From: Bacteroidaceae bacterium
GTDB lineage: Bacteria > Bacteroidota > Bacteroidia > Bacteroidales > Bacteroidaceae
Direction of reading: 5' to 3'
Assembly: GCA_963660215.1 (NCBI GenBank)
Contig: CAVKXW010000003.1
Coordinates: 577-64,576, forward strand
Length of the DNA: 64,000 bases
The notes below the pieces were generated by a model, which did no database searches, was not told the DNA's origin, and saw nothing but the letters and a program-made list of their open reading frames with translations. Shown here piece by piece: positions 16,775 through 26,300 of the stretch. The translations under genes and the position numbers were made by a program. The stretch's first letter is position 1. Each line of letters starts with the position of its first letter.

Positions 16775-17965
16775 ATGGAAGAAGCATTCTTCAGAACACA
16801 TACATACCTCGTAGAGCATACAAACGCGCCAGTGAGACGTACTTTGATGGACGAAATCGACTGGAGCGACCGTATGATTGGCATCAAGGGAACAAGAGGT
16901 GTAGGCAAGTCTACTTTCCTCCTGCAGTATGCTAAGGAGTATTTTGGGGCGACCGACCGCAAATGCTTGTATGTGAACATGAATAACTTCTATTTCCAGA
17001 GTCGAGGCATTGCAGATTTCGCTGGCGATTTCGTCAGGCAAGGCGGCAGAACCCTTCTCATCGACCAGGTGTTCAAGCAGCCCGACTGGAGCAAGGAACT
17101 TCGTAAGTGCTACGACCTCTATCCAGAACTCAAGATTGTGTTCACGGGGTCGAGCGTGATGCGCCTCAAAGAGGAAAATCCAGAGCTCAATGGCATTGTA
17201 AAGAGTTACAATCTCAGGGGCTTCTCGTTCAGGGAGTTCATCAACTTGCAGACAGGCAACGATTTCAAGCCCTATACGCTCGATGAAATCTTGCACAATC
17301 ACGAGCACATCATCAAGCAGATTCTGCCTAAGGTGAGCCCGATGAAGTATTTTGACGACTACTTGCACCATGGATTCTATCCATTCTTCCTAGAGCATCG
17401 CAACTTTACTGAGAATCTACTAAAGACAATGAATATGATGACCGAGGTAGACATCCTCCTCATCAAGCAAATAGAGCTGAAGTATCTCACGAAAATCAAG
17501 AAACTCTTCTATCAGTTGGCGGTAGAAGGTGCCAAGGCACCCAACGTGAGCCAGTTGGCGGAGAGCATCAACACTAGTCGAGCCACGGTGATGAACTATA
17601 TCAAGTATCTGGCTGACGCCCGACTCATCAACATGATTTATCCCGACGGGCAGGAGTTTCCAAAGAAACCATCCAAGGTGATGATGCACAACTCCAACCT
17701 GATGTACGCCATCTATCCGATACAGATAGACAAGCAAGAGGTGATGGAGACATTCTTCGTCAACTCGCTCTGGAAAGACCACAAGGTGCATCAGACAGGA
17801 AAGGACCACTACTATATTGTGGATGGCGAGAAGAGATTCCGCATCTGCGACGCACAGTCGGTCAACAAGGTAAGAAACAACCCGGATGTCATCTATGCTC
17901 GATACAACACCGAGGTAGGCAAGGACAACAGGATACCGCTCTGGCTCCTCGGATTCCTCTATTAA
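16775..17965 (+). CDS. AAA-family ATPase (COG1373-like, DUF4143-type C-terminus)
   Basis: Walker A IKGTRGVGKSTFLLQYAKE and Walker B-like TLLIDQVF. Start moved from TTG 16736 to ATG 16775 (MEEAFFRTHTYL...). Confidence 0.75.
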   Translation: MEEAFFRTHTYLVEHTNAPVRRTLMDEIDWSDRMIGIKGTRGVGKSTFLLQYAKEYFGATDRKCLYVNMNNFYFQSRGIADFAGDFVRQGGRTLLIDQVFKQPDWSKELRKCYDLYPELKIVFTGSSVMRLKEENPELNGIVKSYNLRGFSFREFINLQTGNDFKPYTLDEILHNHEHIIKQILPKVSPMKYFDDYLHHGFYPFFLEHRNFTENLLKTMNMMTEVDILLIKQIELKYLTKIKKLFYQLAVEGAKAPNVSQLAESINTSRATVMNYIKYLADARLINMIYPDGQEFPKKPSKVMMHNSNLMYAIYPIQIDKQEVMETFFVNSLWKDHKVHQTGKDHYYIVDGEKRFRICDAQSVNKVRNNPDVIYARYNTEVGKDNRIPLWLLGFLY

Positions 17966-18072
17966 GTGAAGAGGGAAGAGTGAAGAATGAAGAATTCAAA
18001 GCTCTGACTAACAAAGAAAGTTCGAATAAGAATTAAATACAAAACATTTTTAATATTTTATCTAAAAGTAAA

Positions 18073-21000
18073 ATGGCTAAAGAGAAAAAATTTATCACTT
18101 GTGATGGTAACACAGCTGCCGCTCACGTAAGCTATATGTTTACAGAGGTCGCTGCCATCTACCCTATTACTCCATCATCACCAATGGCGGAGCATGTAGA
18201 TGAATGGGCTGCCAAGGGTCGTAAGAACCTTTTCGGTCAGCGAGTTTCTATCCAGGAAATGGAGTCTGAGGCTGGTGCTGCTGGTGCAGTGCACGGTTCT
18301 CTTCAGGCTGGTGCCTTGACCTCAACTTACACTGCATCCCAGGGTTTGTTGTTGATGATTCCTAACATGTACAAGATCGCTGGTGAGTTGCTCCCTTGCG
18401 TGTTCAACGTATCAGCTCGTACATTGGCTTCTCACTCACTTTGTATCTTCGGTGACCACCAGGACGTAATGGCTTGCCGTCAGACAGGCTTCGCAATGTT
18501 CTGCTCTGGTTCTGTACAGGAGGTGATGGACCTCTCTGCAGTTCCTCACTTGGCAACATTGGAGACAAAGGTTCCTTTCATTAACTTCTTCGACGGTTTC
18601 CGTACATCTCACGAGTATCATAAGATTGAGGAGATGGATATGGAAGACATCCGTCCACTCGTTAAGCCTGAGTATATCGAGGACTTCCGTAACCGTGCCC
18701 TCACTCCTGAGCGTCCTGTTACACGTGGTACCGCTGAGAACCCAGAGACATTCTTCACACACCGTGAGGCTTGCAACCCTTACTACGACGCAATTCCTGA
18801 GGTAGTAGAGAAGTACTGCCAGGAGATGACCAAGATCACAGGTCGTGAGTATCACCTCTTCAACTACTATGGTGCAGAGGATGCTGAGAACATCATCATC
18901 TTGATGGGTTCTGCTACCGAGCCAGCTCGTGAGGCTATCGACTACCTCAACAAGCAGGGCAAGAAGGTAGGTATGGTAGCCGTACACCTCTATCGTCCAT
19001 TCTCTGTTGACTTCTTGAAGAAGGCTATTCCAGCTACAGTTAAGCGCATCGCAGTGCTCGACCGTACCAAGGAGCCAGGTGCAGAGGGTGAGCCATTGTA
19101 CCTCGACGTGAAGTCAGCTCTCTACGACGACGAGCGCAAGCCATTGATCGTAGGTGGTCGTTATGGTCTCGGTTCTTCTGATACAACTCCAGCTAAGATT
19201 GTAGCTGTATTCAAGAACCTCGAGTTGCCACAGCCTAAGAACCACTTCACCGTGGGTATCGTAGATGACGTTACATTCACTTCTCTCCCAGAGGAGGAGG
19301 AAATCCCAATGGGTGGCGACGACTTGTTCGAGGCTAAGTTCTATGGCTTGGGTGCCGACGGTACCGTAGGCGCTAACAAGAACTCAGTACAGATTATCGG
19401 TAACAACACCAACAAGTATTGCCAGGCATACTTCTCTTACGACTCTAAGAAGTCTGGTGGTTTCACCTGCTCTCACTTGCGTTTCGGCGACAGCCCTATC
19501 CACAGCGCATATCAGGTAAACACTCCTAACTTCGTAGCTTGCCACGTACAGGCATACCTCCACATGTATGACGTAACTCGTGGTCTCCGTAAGAACGGTT
19601 ACTTCTTGTTGAACACTATCTTCGACGGCGAGGAGTTGGTTAACTTCATCCCTAACAAGGTAAAGCGTTACTTCGCTCAGAACAACATCACCGTATATTA
19701 TATCAACGCTACTAAGATTGCCCAGGAGATTGGTCTTGGCAACCGTACCAACACTATCCTCCAGTCTGCATTCTTCCGCATCACAGAGGTTATTCCTTTG
19801 GATCTCGCCGTAGAGCAGATGAAGGCGTTCATCGTTAAGTCTTACTCTAAGAAGGGTCAGGATGTCGTTGACAAGAACTTCGGCGCTGTAGACCGTGGTG
19901 GCGAGTACAAGCAGTTGACAGTAGACCCAGCTTGGGCTAACTTGGCAGACGAGGAGGCTAAGGAAGACAATGCTCCAGCATTCGTTAAGGAGCTCGTTCG
20001 TCCTATCAACGGCCAGGCAGGTGACCTCTTGAAGGTATCTGACTTCGTTAAGCACGACACAGTAGACGGTACATGGCAGAACGGTACAGCAGCATTCGAG
20101 AAGCGTGGTGTTGAGGCATTCGTACCAGTATGGAACGTAGAGAACTGTATCCAGTGTAACAAGTGTTCATTCGTTTGTCCTCACGCAGCTATCCGTCCAT
20201 TCGTATTGACCGACGAGGAGTTGGCAGGCATCGAGGGTCTTGAGACTCAGGATGTAAAGGCTCCTAAGGCAATGGCTGGCATGCACTTCCGTATCGAGAC
20301 TTCAGTTCTTGACTGTCTTGGTTGTGGTAACTGTGCTGACGTCTGCCCAGGCAAGAAGGGTGAGAAGGCATTGACCATGGTTCCATTCAACGTTGACGCT
20401 GAGGATATGGTTAAGGAAGCAGCTAACTGGGAGTACCTCGTACACAAGGTAGCTTCTAAGCAGGATCTCGTAGACATCAAGCAGAGCCCTAAGAACTCTC
20501 AGTTCGCTCAGCCATTGTTCGAGTTCTCTGGTGCTTGCTCTGGTTGTGGTGAGACTCCATACGTTAAGTTGATTTCTCAGCTCTTCGGTGATCGTCAGAT
20601 GATCGCTAACGCTACTGGTTGTTCTTCTATCTACTCAGCTTCTATCCCATCTACTCCATATACAAAGAACGCCAAGGGTCAGGGTCCTGCATTCGACAAC
20701 TCATTGTTCGAGGACTTCTGCGAGTTCGGTCTCGGTATGGTAATGGGTAACAAGAAGATGAAGGAGCGCATCGCTCACTTGCTCGAAGAGGCTAAGGCTC
20801 AGGAGGGTACTCCAGCTGAGTTCGTAGCTGCTGCCGACAAGTGGATTGCCAACATGAACGACTCTGAGGGTTCTAAGGAGGCTGCTGCCGAGTTGAAGCC
20901 ATTGATCGCTGCTGGCGCAGAGGCTGGTTGCCCTATCTGCAAGGAGCTCAAGACATTGGATCACTATCTCGTTAAGCGCAGCCAGTGGATCATCGGTGGT

Positions 21001-21651
21001 GACGGTGCTTCTTACGACATCGGTTACGGTGGTCTCGACCACGTATTGGCTTCTGGTGAGGATGTTAACATCTTGGTACTCGATACTGAGGTTTACTCTA
21101 ACACTGGTGGTCAGTCTTCTAAGTCTACTCCACTCGGTGCCATCGCACAGTTCGCTGCACAGGGTAAGCGTATCCGCAAGAAGGATCTCGGCTTGATGCA
21201 GACTACATACGGTTACATCTACGTAGCTCAGGTAGCTATGGGTGCCGACAACGCTCAGACATTGAAGGCTATCCGCGAGGCTGAGGCATATCCAGGTCCA
21301 TCACTCATCATCGCTTACGCACCATGTATCAACCACGGTTTGAAGCGTAAGGGCGGTATGGGTCGCTCACAGCACGAGGAGGAGTTGGCAGTTGAGTGCG
21401 GTTACTGGCACTTGTGGCGTTACAACCCACTCTTGGCTGACGAGGGCAAGAACCCATTCACACTCGACTCTAAGGCTCCTAACTGGGAGAACTTCCGCGA
21501 CTTCTTGCTCGGTGAGGTACGTTACCTCTCTGTACAGAAGGCATTCCCTAAGGAGGCTGACGAGCTCTTCTCTCAGGCAGAGAAGATGGCTAAGCTCCGT
21601 TACCAGACTTACGTTCGTAAGAGCCAGGAAGACTGGAGCGAACAGATTTAA
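18073..21651 (+). CDS. nifJ: Pyruvate:ferredoxin (flavodoxin) oxidoreductase
   Basis: 1192 aa single-chain PFOR. N-terminus: FITCDGNTAAAHVSYMFTEVAAIYPITPSSPM. Two 4Fe-4S motifs: CIQCNKCSFVCPH and CLGCGNCADVCP. TPP-binding region: GGDGASYDIGYGGLDHV. Confidence 0.95.
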   Translation: MAKEKKFITCDGNTAAAHVSYMFTEVAAIYPITPSSPMAEHVDEWAAKGRKNLFGQRVSIQEMESEAGAAGAVHGSLQAGALTSTYTASQGLLLMIPNMYKIAGELLPCVFNVSARTLASHSLCIFGDHQDVMACRQTGFAMFCSGSVQEVMDLSAVPHLATLETKVPFINFFDGFRTSHEYHKIEEMDMEDIRPLVKPEYIEDFRNRALTPERPVTRGTAENPETFFTHREACNPYYDAIPEVVEKYCQEMTKITGREYHLFNYYGAEDAENIIILMGSATEPAREAIDYLNKQGKKVGMVAVHLYRPFSVDFLKKAIPATVKRIAVLDRTKEPGAEGEPLYLDVKSALYDDERKPLIVGGRYGLGSSDTTPAKIVAVFKNLELPQPKNHFTVGIVDDVTFTSLPEEEEIPMGGDDLFEAKFYGLGADGTVGANKNSVQIIGNNTNKYCQAYFSYDSKKSGGFTCSHLRFGDSPIHSAYQVNTPNFVACHVQAYLHMYDVTRGLRKNGYFLLNTIFDGEELVNFIPNKVKRYFAQNNITVYYINATKIAQEIGLGNRTNTILQSAFFRITEVIPLDLAVEQMKAFIVKSYSKKGQDVVDKNFGAVDRGGEYKQLTVDPAWANLADEEAKEDNAPAFVKELVRPINGQAGDLLKVSDFVKHDTVDGTWQNGTAAFEKRGVEAFVPVWNVENCIQCNKCSFVCPHAAIRPFVLTDEELAGIEGLETQDVKAPKAMAGMHFRIETSVLDCLGCGNCADVCPGKKGEKALTMVPFNVDAEDMVKEAANWEYLVHKVASKQDLVDIKQSPKNSQFAQPLFEFSGACSGCGETPYVKLISQLFGDRQMIANATGCSSIYSASIPSTPYTKNAKGQGPAFDNSLFEDFCEFGLGMVMGNKKMKERIAHLLEEAKAQEGTPAEFVAAADKWIANMNDSEGSKEAAAELKPLIAAGAEAGCPICKELKTLDHYLVKRSQWIIGGDGASYDIGYGGLDHVLASGEDVNILVLDTEVYSNTGGQSSKSTPLGAIAQFAAQGKRIRKKDLGLMQTTYGYIYVAQVAMGADNAQTLKAIREAEAYPGPSLIIAYAPCINHGLKRKGGMGRSQHEEELAVECGYWHLWRYNPLLADEGKNPFTLDSKAPNWENFRDFLLGEVRYLSVQKAFPKEADELFSQAEKMAKLRYQTYVRKSQEDWSEQI

Positions 21652-21683
21652 TCTAGAATATCAATAGGTTAATATATATATGA

Positions 21684-21730
21684 AAAGCCCTTGGTTGCAG
21701 TGTTGCAATCAAGGGCTTTGTTTATTTTGT
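21684..21730 (+). terminator. Rho-independent terminator after nifJ
   Basis: AAAGCCCTTG (21684-21693) pairs with CAAGGGCTTT (21710-21719), with an inner TTGCA/TGCAA pair, followed by TTTGTTTATTTTG. Confidence 0.7.
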
Positions 21731-21793
21731 TATATTGTAAATAAAAATAACCAAACTTTTCGGGATAATGGGAATTCCCCATAAGCAGGGTTC

Positions 21794-21888
21794 AGAAGTG
21801 TTAATTCATTTTCTCTTAAGAGAAAAAATTTTTTCGCTTAAGAGAAAATTTTTTTTTGCTTAAGAGAACGGAAACTTTCTCTTAAGAC
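21794..21888. repeat. Copy A of a dispersed intergenic element: four CTTAAG-centred units phased at exactly 22 bp
   Basis: CTTAAG occurs at 21815, 21837, 21859 and 21881. There is an 18-bp perfect palindrome TTTTCTCTTAAGAGAAAA (21809-21826) and a 14-bp palindrome GAAAAAATTTTTTC (21822-21835). The first 70 nt match 40666-40735 at 66 of 70 positions (hand alignment). Confidence 0.85.
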
Positions 21889-21937
21889 TATCTTATGAAA
21901 CGGAGATGATATGTAAATATTTTTCTTAACAGAAAGC

Positions 21938-22567
21938 TTATGGCAATAGGTACATGACAGAGGTATAAAGCTGCATCAAAAGAATGTAGAATAAGAAACA
22001 GGGAGCCATCATTCGGATGCCAACGTTCAGGGCATCGTACATAGAGACAATGCCCTTGATGTTCTCGCTCATCCATCCATAGCTGAGCGCCATCACGATG
22101 ATAGAAAAGCATAGGTAAGGCAGCAAGCTCCTAGAGAAACTGCTGGGATACAATCCGCCCAATACATTCAGCATTATGGCATGAGGCAACATGGTGAGCG
22201 CCAAAAGGACGAGGATGAAGACGATGAGCTCGACGAGCATCAGGCGCATGGCTGTGCGCTGACGGTATTGCGAATGGTCGAAGCGCAGCACCCCACTCTG
22301 CTTGACCACACCTATGGTGACGCTTACAAGCATGAGCCAAACCAGCCAGGGCGAGGCTAGATGGTCTACGAAATGGCCCATAAACCAGCGAATGCCTTCA
22401 GGACTGGTGAGCGAACGCATGAAGTATTCTGGCATCGCAGCTGTCAGAATCCACGATACCAAGCCTAGCAGTAACTGTGCTGAGCCCAAGCCCACTGCTA
22501 GATAAGCCAATAACTTCTTATGATTTCTCATTTTTGTGTGTCCACCTCCTTGTTCTTGTTGATACAT
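21938..22567 (-). CDS. Small polytopic membrane protein, last gene of the sensor/regulator string
   Basis: 209 aa (197 aa if it starts at the ATG at 22531, MRNHKKLLAYLAVG...), with about 5 hydrophobic segments. The segment SLTSPEGIRWFMGHFVDHLASPWLVWLMLVSVTIGVVKQSGVL resembles the N-terminal motif of AbgT/MtrF-type transporters, from memory only. It starts 16 nt after the regulator stop. Confidence 0.55.
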   Translation of the reverse strand: MYQQEQGGGHTKMRNHKKLLAYLAVGLGSAQLLLGLVSWILTAAMPEYFMRSLTSPEGIRWFMGHFVDHLASPWLVWLMLVSVTIGVVKQSGVLRFDHSQYRQRTAMRLMLVELIVFILVLLALTMLPHAIMLNVLGGLYPSSFSRSLLPYLCFSIIVMALSYGWMSENIKGIVSMYDALNVGIRMMAPCFLFYILLMQLYTSVMYLLP

Positions 22568-22583
22568 TCCTCGTCCCTAGCGA

Positions 22584-23309
22584 TTATTCCTCGTCGGCTC
22601 GCAGATTGTCAATGTCCAAGATGCGCAATTCGCAAGCTCTCACCACCAAGCGAGTGGCGTTGATGCCTAAACCGTGATTGCCCTCTGGAAAGAGTTTTTG
22701 AATCAGTTCGCTCTGGCGCTTCTCAAGGCTCTTCACGCCAAATGGCATTCCGCGGAGATTGGTGATTTGCTCCTTCGTATAGCCTAGCGCAAGATGGCGA
22801 AGGAATCGCTCGTCGTATTCGTCAATCTCATAGTTGACCAAGGCTTCTTGGCGCATCAGTTGGCTATTGACACTCTTCTTGAAGCGGTCTACTATCTTTT
22901 GGAGGATAGGCTGGTTGAAGACCAGCTTCTTGCCGCCCATGCAGCTGGCTACATCGCCACGGGTCAGGAGCTCGCCGCTTTTCAGGATGATTCCGTCACA
23001 ACCAGCGTCGAGCACATCCACCCAAAGCTTCTCGTTCAAGATTTCGCCCGTAAAGATCAGCACTTTCACGCCAGGATATTGCTCTTTGGTTTGGCGGCAG
23101 ATCTCCACGCCAACCGTGGTGGAGCCACCCAGTCCGAGGTCGAGCAACACGAGGTCGGGCAACTGTTGCTTGATGAGTTTCCAATAGGCGATTTCGCTCT
23201 CGGCGGTTCCGATGATTTCTGCCTCAGGAATATCGTTCTTGAAGATACCCTCGGTACCCTTGAGCTCCAAAGGTACGTCCTCTACTATGATTACTTTGAA
23301 ATTATCCAT
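22584..23309 (-). CDS. Response regulator, receiver domain plus NarL/LuxR-like C-terminal HTH
   Basis: Receiver motifs: VIIVEDVP, phospho-acceptor context DLVLLDLGL, and VLIFTG...K (ILKSG). The C-terminal segment ERFLRHLALGYTKEQITNL...VKSLEKRQSELIQKL is LuxR-type. Confidence 0.8.
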   Translation of the reverse strand: MDNFKVIIVEDVPLELKGTEGIFKNDIPEAEIIGTAESEIAYWKLIKQQLPDLVLLDLGLGGSTTVGVEICRQTKEQYPGVKVLIFTGEILNEKLWVDVLDAGCDGIILKSGELLTRGDVASCMGGKKLVFNQPILQKIVDRFKKSVNSQLMRQEALVNYEIDEYDERFLRHLALGYTKEQITNLRGMPFGVKSLEKRQSELIQKLFPEGNHGLGINATRLVVRACELRILDIDNLRADEE

Positions 23310-23328
23310 GTTTCGTTATTTTAATATT

Positions 23329-26300
23329 TTATAGTTTCTGTATGCTTTGCAGTTTCTTGATGATACCCAGAGGCAGGTTGGCTTCTATCAGCAAGCATCC
23401 CTTCGGGCTTCTTTTGGCTTGGATGCCAGAACCTCTCAGGTTGGTCACCTCTCCTATTTCTCTTACTATCTGGCGACAGAGAAGATAATTCAAATCGCCA
23501 GTCAAGGGGGTGAAGAGTTGGCTATGGAGAGATTCGTTCCAGGCCACGTCTTGTTGTTCGATTTGCAAGAGTGCGTATGGAGCCCCCTTGCGTTCTACCA
23601 CCTGCTCGCTGACTTGCTTTGAGCCACCCTTCATTAAGTCGACAAGATAACGATACAAGAAATCGTCATTCTTGATGTTGCTTTCTACCTGTTCCATCGC
23701 CTGTGCGCTCAACATGCTGTAAAGCGACTTGTAATAGTCTACGAGCTCCTTGAGCGACTCTACGTCATTAGGCTGTGTGTCAATGAGTTGGGCGATTCGC
23801 GAAGGATAATACATGGTTTCATGCTTCAGCGTAGAGAGACAGTTGTCAAGCACCGAGTTGGAGACATGGAGCTTGTCGTTCTCGTATTCGGCTCGATGCA
23901 GTTCGTCGGTCGTCATCTCCAGCTTGGCGGATTCTCTGTCTGCCTCGTCGATGCGCTGCGCCTTGGTTTGCTCGATGAGCATGAAGCGGTAGTTGAGCAC
24001 GTGGCGATAATAAAGCAGATAATATGCCAGAGGCAGCTGCAACAAGAGGATGATGAGCAGGATGACCGCCACTGTCTTCGAGTTTTCGCTTTGCTGCATG
24101 GTGCGCACATAGTTGTCGAGCGTGTTGTCGGCGCTTCGTTCCCTGAACAGTTGTGTGTAAACCTTGTTGTTGCTCTGGTAGAGCTCCCATTGGTGCAACG
24201 CCAAGGCGGCGACAGCACTTTCGTTGCGAATGTCGAGAATGACGTCGTAGTTGGTGTCCAAACTGTCATGAAGCCATTGTAGTTCGGCGGCCTCGCCCAC
24301 TTGTGGATGGCGTACCATCAGATATTTTCCACCAGGATGCACTGATAGATAATAACTGTTCAGATAATAGCGCGACGAGTCGGCAAAATCCAAGGTTCGA
24401 TGATAAGTGCCGTTGATATTGCTGAAATAGGCACTGTCGGCGAAGGCATCTGCCCTTTCCAAGAGTGGCGAAACCTTCTGCTCCGTCTTGGAGTGGTGGT
24501 GATGTGTGTCCGAAGCCTTCTTAGCCCAACCTTGCAATGGGGAGAGCGAAATCAGCAAGACACCCATGACCAGGCAAGCCATGTGGCTGAACTTGCGCAC
24601 CATGCCTTGCGGAAGGCGGAAGGTAAAGCTACTCCCCTTTCCCACCGTACTTGTGGCTTGAATCTGACAAACATTGAAGAGGCTGCTCACCTTTTTATAT
24701 TTCTCGATGATTCCCTTGCAGTTGAGCAGTCCGAAACCATGCCCACCTGTGTAGGTTCTGTCGAAAACATGCGACAAGGTTTCTTCGTCCATCCCCTTGC
24801 CTGTATCTTCTATGCAGATTTCAATGCAATCGTTGGGTTTGGCTGTTCCTGAAGGCGAATTGACGGAAACAGTACGGGCACTAATGCGTACTTTCCCTCC
24901 TTCTGGGGTGAATTTCCGAGCATTGTCGGCTATGGTGTTTATCATGAAGAGCGTGAGTGTTCGGTCGGCTTTCACTATCGCCTCCGTAGGCTCTACCTCT
25001 AGCGTAATCCCCTTCATCAGGAAATTCATCTTTCCCTTTGCCACCATGTCGAAAAGTAGCTGCAAAGGAAAACTCTCTATGCGCAGGTTCAATGCTCCTT
25101 GGCGCATCTGTATCCATTGGGTGAGGACATTGTTGTATTGGTTGATTTTGCTTGTGAGTTCTGATATATATTGGTATCGCTCGCCTCTTACCTCCTCGGT
25201 CTCCCCTCCCTCGGCAAGGCGGTTCACCTCGTTTATCATGCGGTCGATGAAAGGCGTGATGCTGTTGACCAAGCTCACTTTGGCTCGTTGCTCAAGATTG
25301 CGCTTTTTGTTTTCCTCTATGTGCAGGCGAGTCATTGCAAGTTCTTCAGAAACTTCTTCTGTTTTCTCTTTCAACTCGCTGATTTTCTGCTCATTGTTCT
25401 TGTTCCATTCATGTAAAGGTGCGAGAAGTTCATCCATCGATCTTGAATGAATCTTCTTGCGCTTCATCCTGTCGAAAACATACAGAAGAATCACTACGAG
25501 CATGATCATTCCCACTACGGCGAATATCATCCAGTTGAGTTGTACGGCGTTTTCGTCTAGTGCAGTCGCTCGTGCTTCCAACTGTTTGTCTTGGCGTGAC
25601 ATGTCCTGCAAGTCGAGATAAAGGTTGCGGTTGTAATCGCTCTGTGGTTTATCGTTCATGGCAGAATAGACGAGGCAGAGTTGCTCTCGGATTGATGCCA
25701 CCAAATCGGGCGCTTGCTTGATGGCGTGGTTATCGCCAAGGGCATGGTTCAGACAGTCGAGCGCCGACTGATAGTCGTGAATGTCAAAATAACATTCGGC
25801 GAGGGTTCGATAGGCCCCAGCTTTTTGGTAAACATCCCCATATTGAGCGAAGAGATCGAGGGCACGCTGAGCAAAGTTTCCAGCCAAGAAGTCTTTTGAA
25901 ACCTGGTCGACATTAAGATATTGGAATGCAGGCAAGTTGTTTTTTATCAGATACTCGCTCACCTCCCCCTTCCTGAGATGCTCGCTGATAGCTTGTAGCG
26001 CATTGGCTTGCCAATAAGGATAAGGATTGTTGGCATTGCTGGCAAGCATGTAGCATTCTATCAGACGGTCGAACTCCGCCTGGTTGATTTCATTGGGAGA
26101 ACCTTCAGTGATGGCTCCACCCGAGCCAAAATTGTAGAGATAATTAAGATATTGGGCTGTGTCTTGCTCCAGCTCATCTGGGTCAAGATGGTTCAAGGCT
26201 TGGAACATGGGAGTTTCCAAGCCGACATAATAAAAATATGTTGCCGCCACTATGTCAAACTCTGATTTGGCGTAGATGGCGCGTTTCTTCTCACGTTTGG

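Noticed and set aside
16775-17965. AAA ATPase (COG1373/DUF4143-like) as a possible defence or mobile-element gene
   Set aside because: It is solitary, with no nuclease, methylase, integrase or partner genes nearby, and it is flanked by housekeeping genes. This family is commonly scattered in Bacteroidota chromosomes.
17966-17995. Purine-rich GAAGAG-type motif shared with 31495-31508 (10-mer AGAGTGAAGA in both, each after a plus-strand gene)
   Set aside because: Only a 10-nt exact match within low-complexity purine runs. At 31498-31539 it is simply one arm of a hairpin. That is insufficient to call a repeat family without a genome-wide count.
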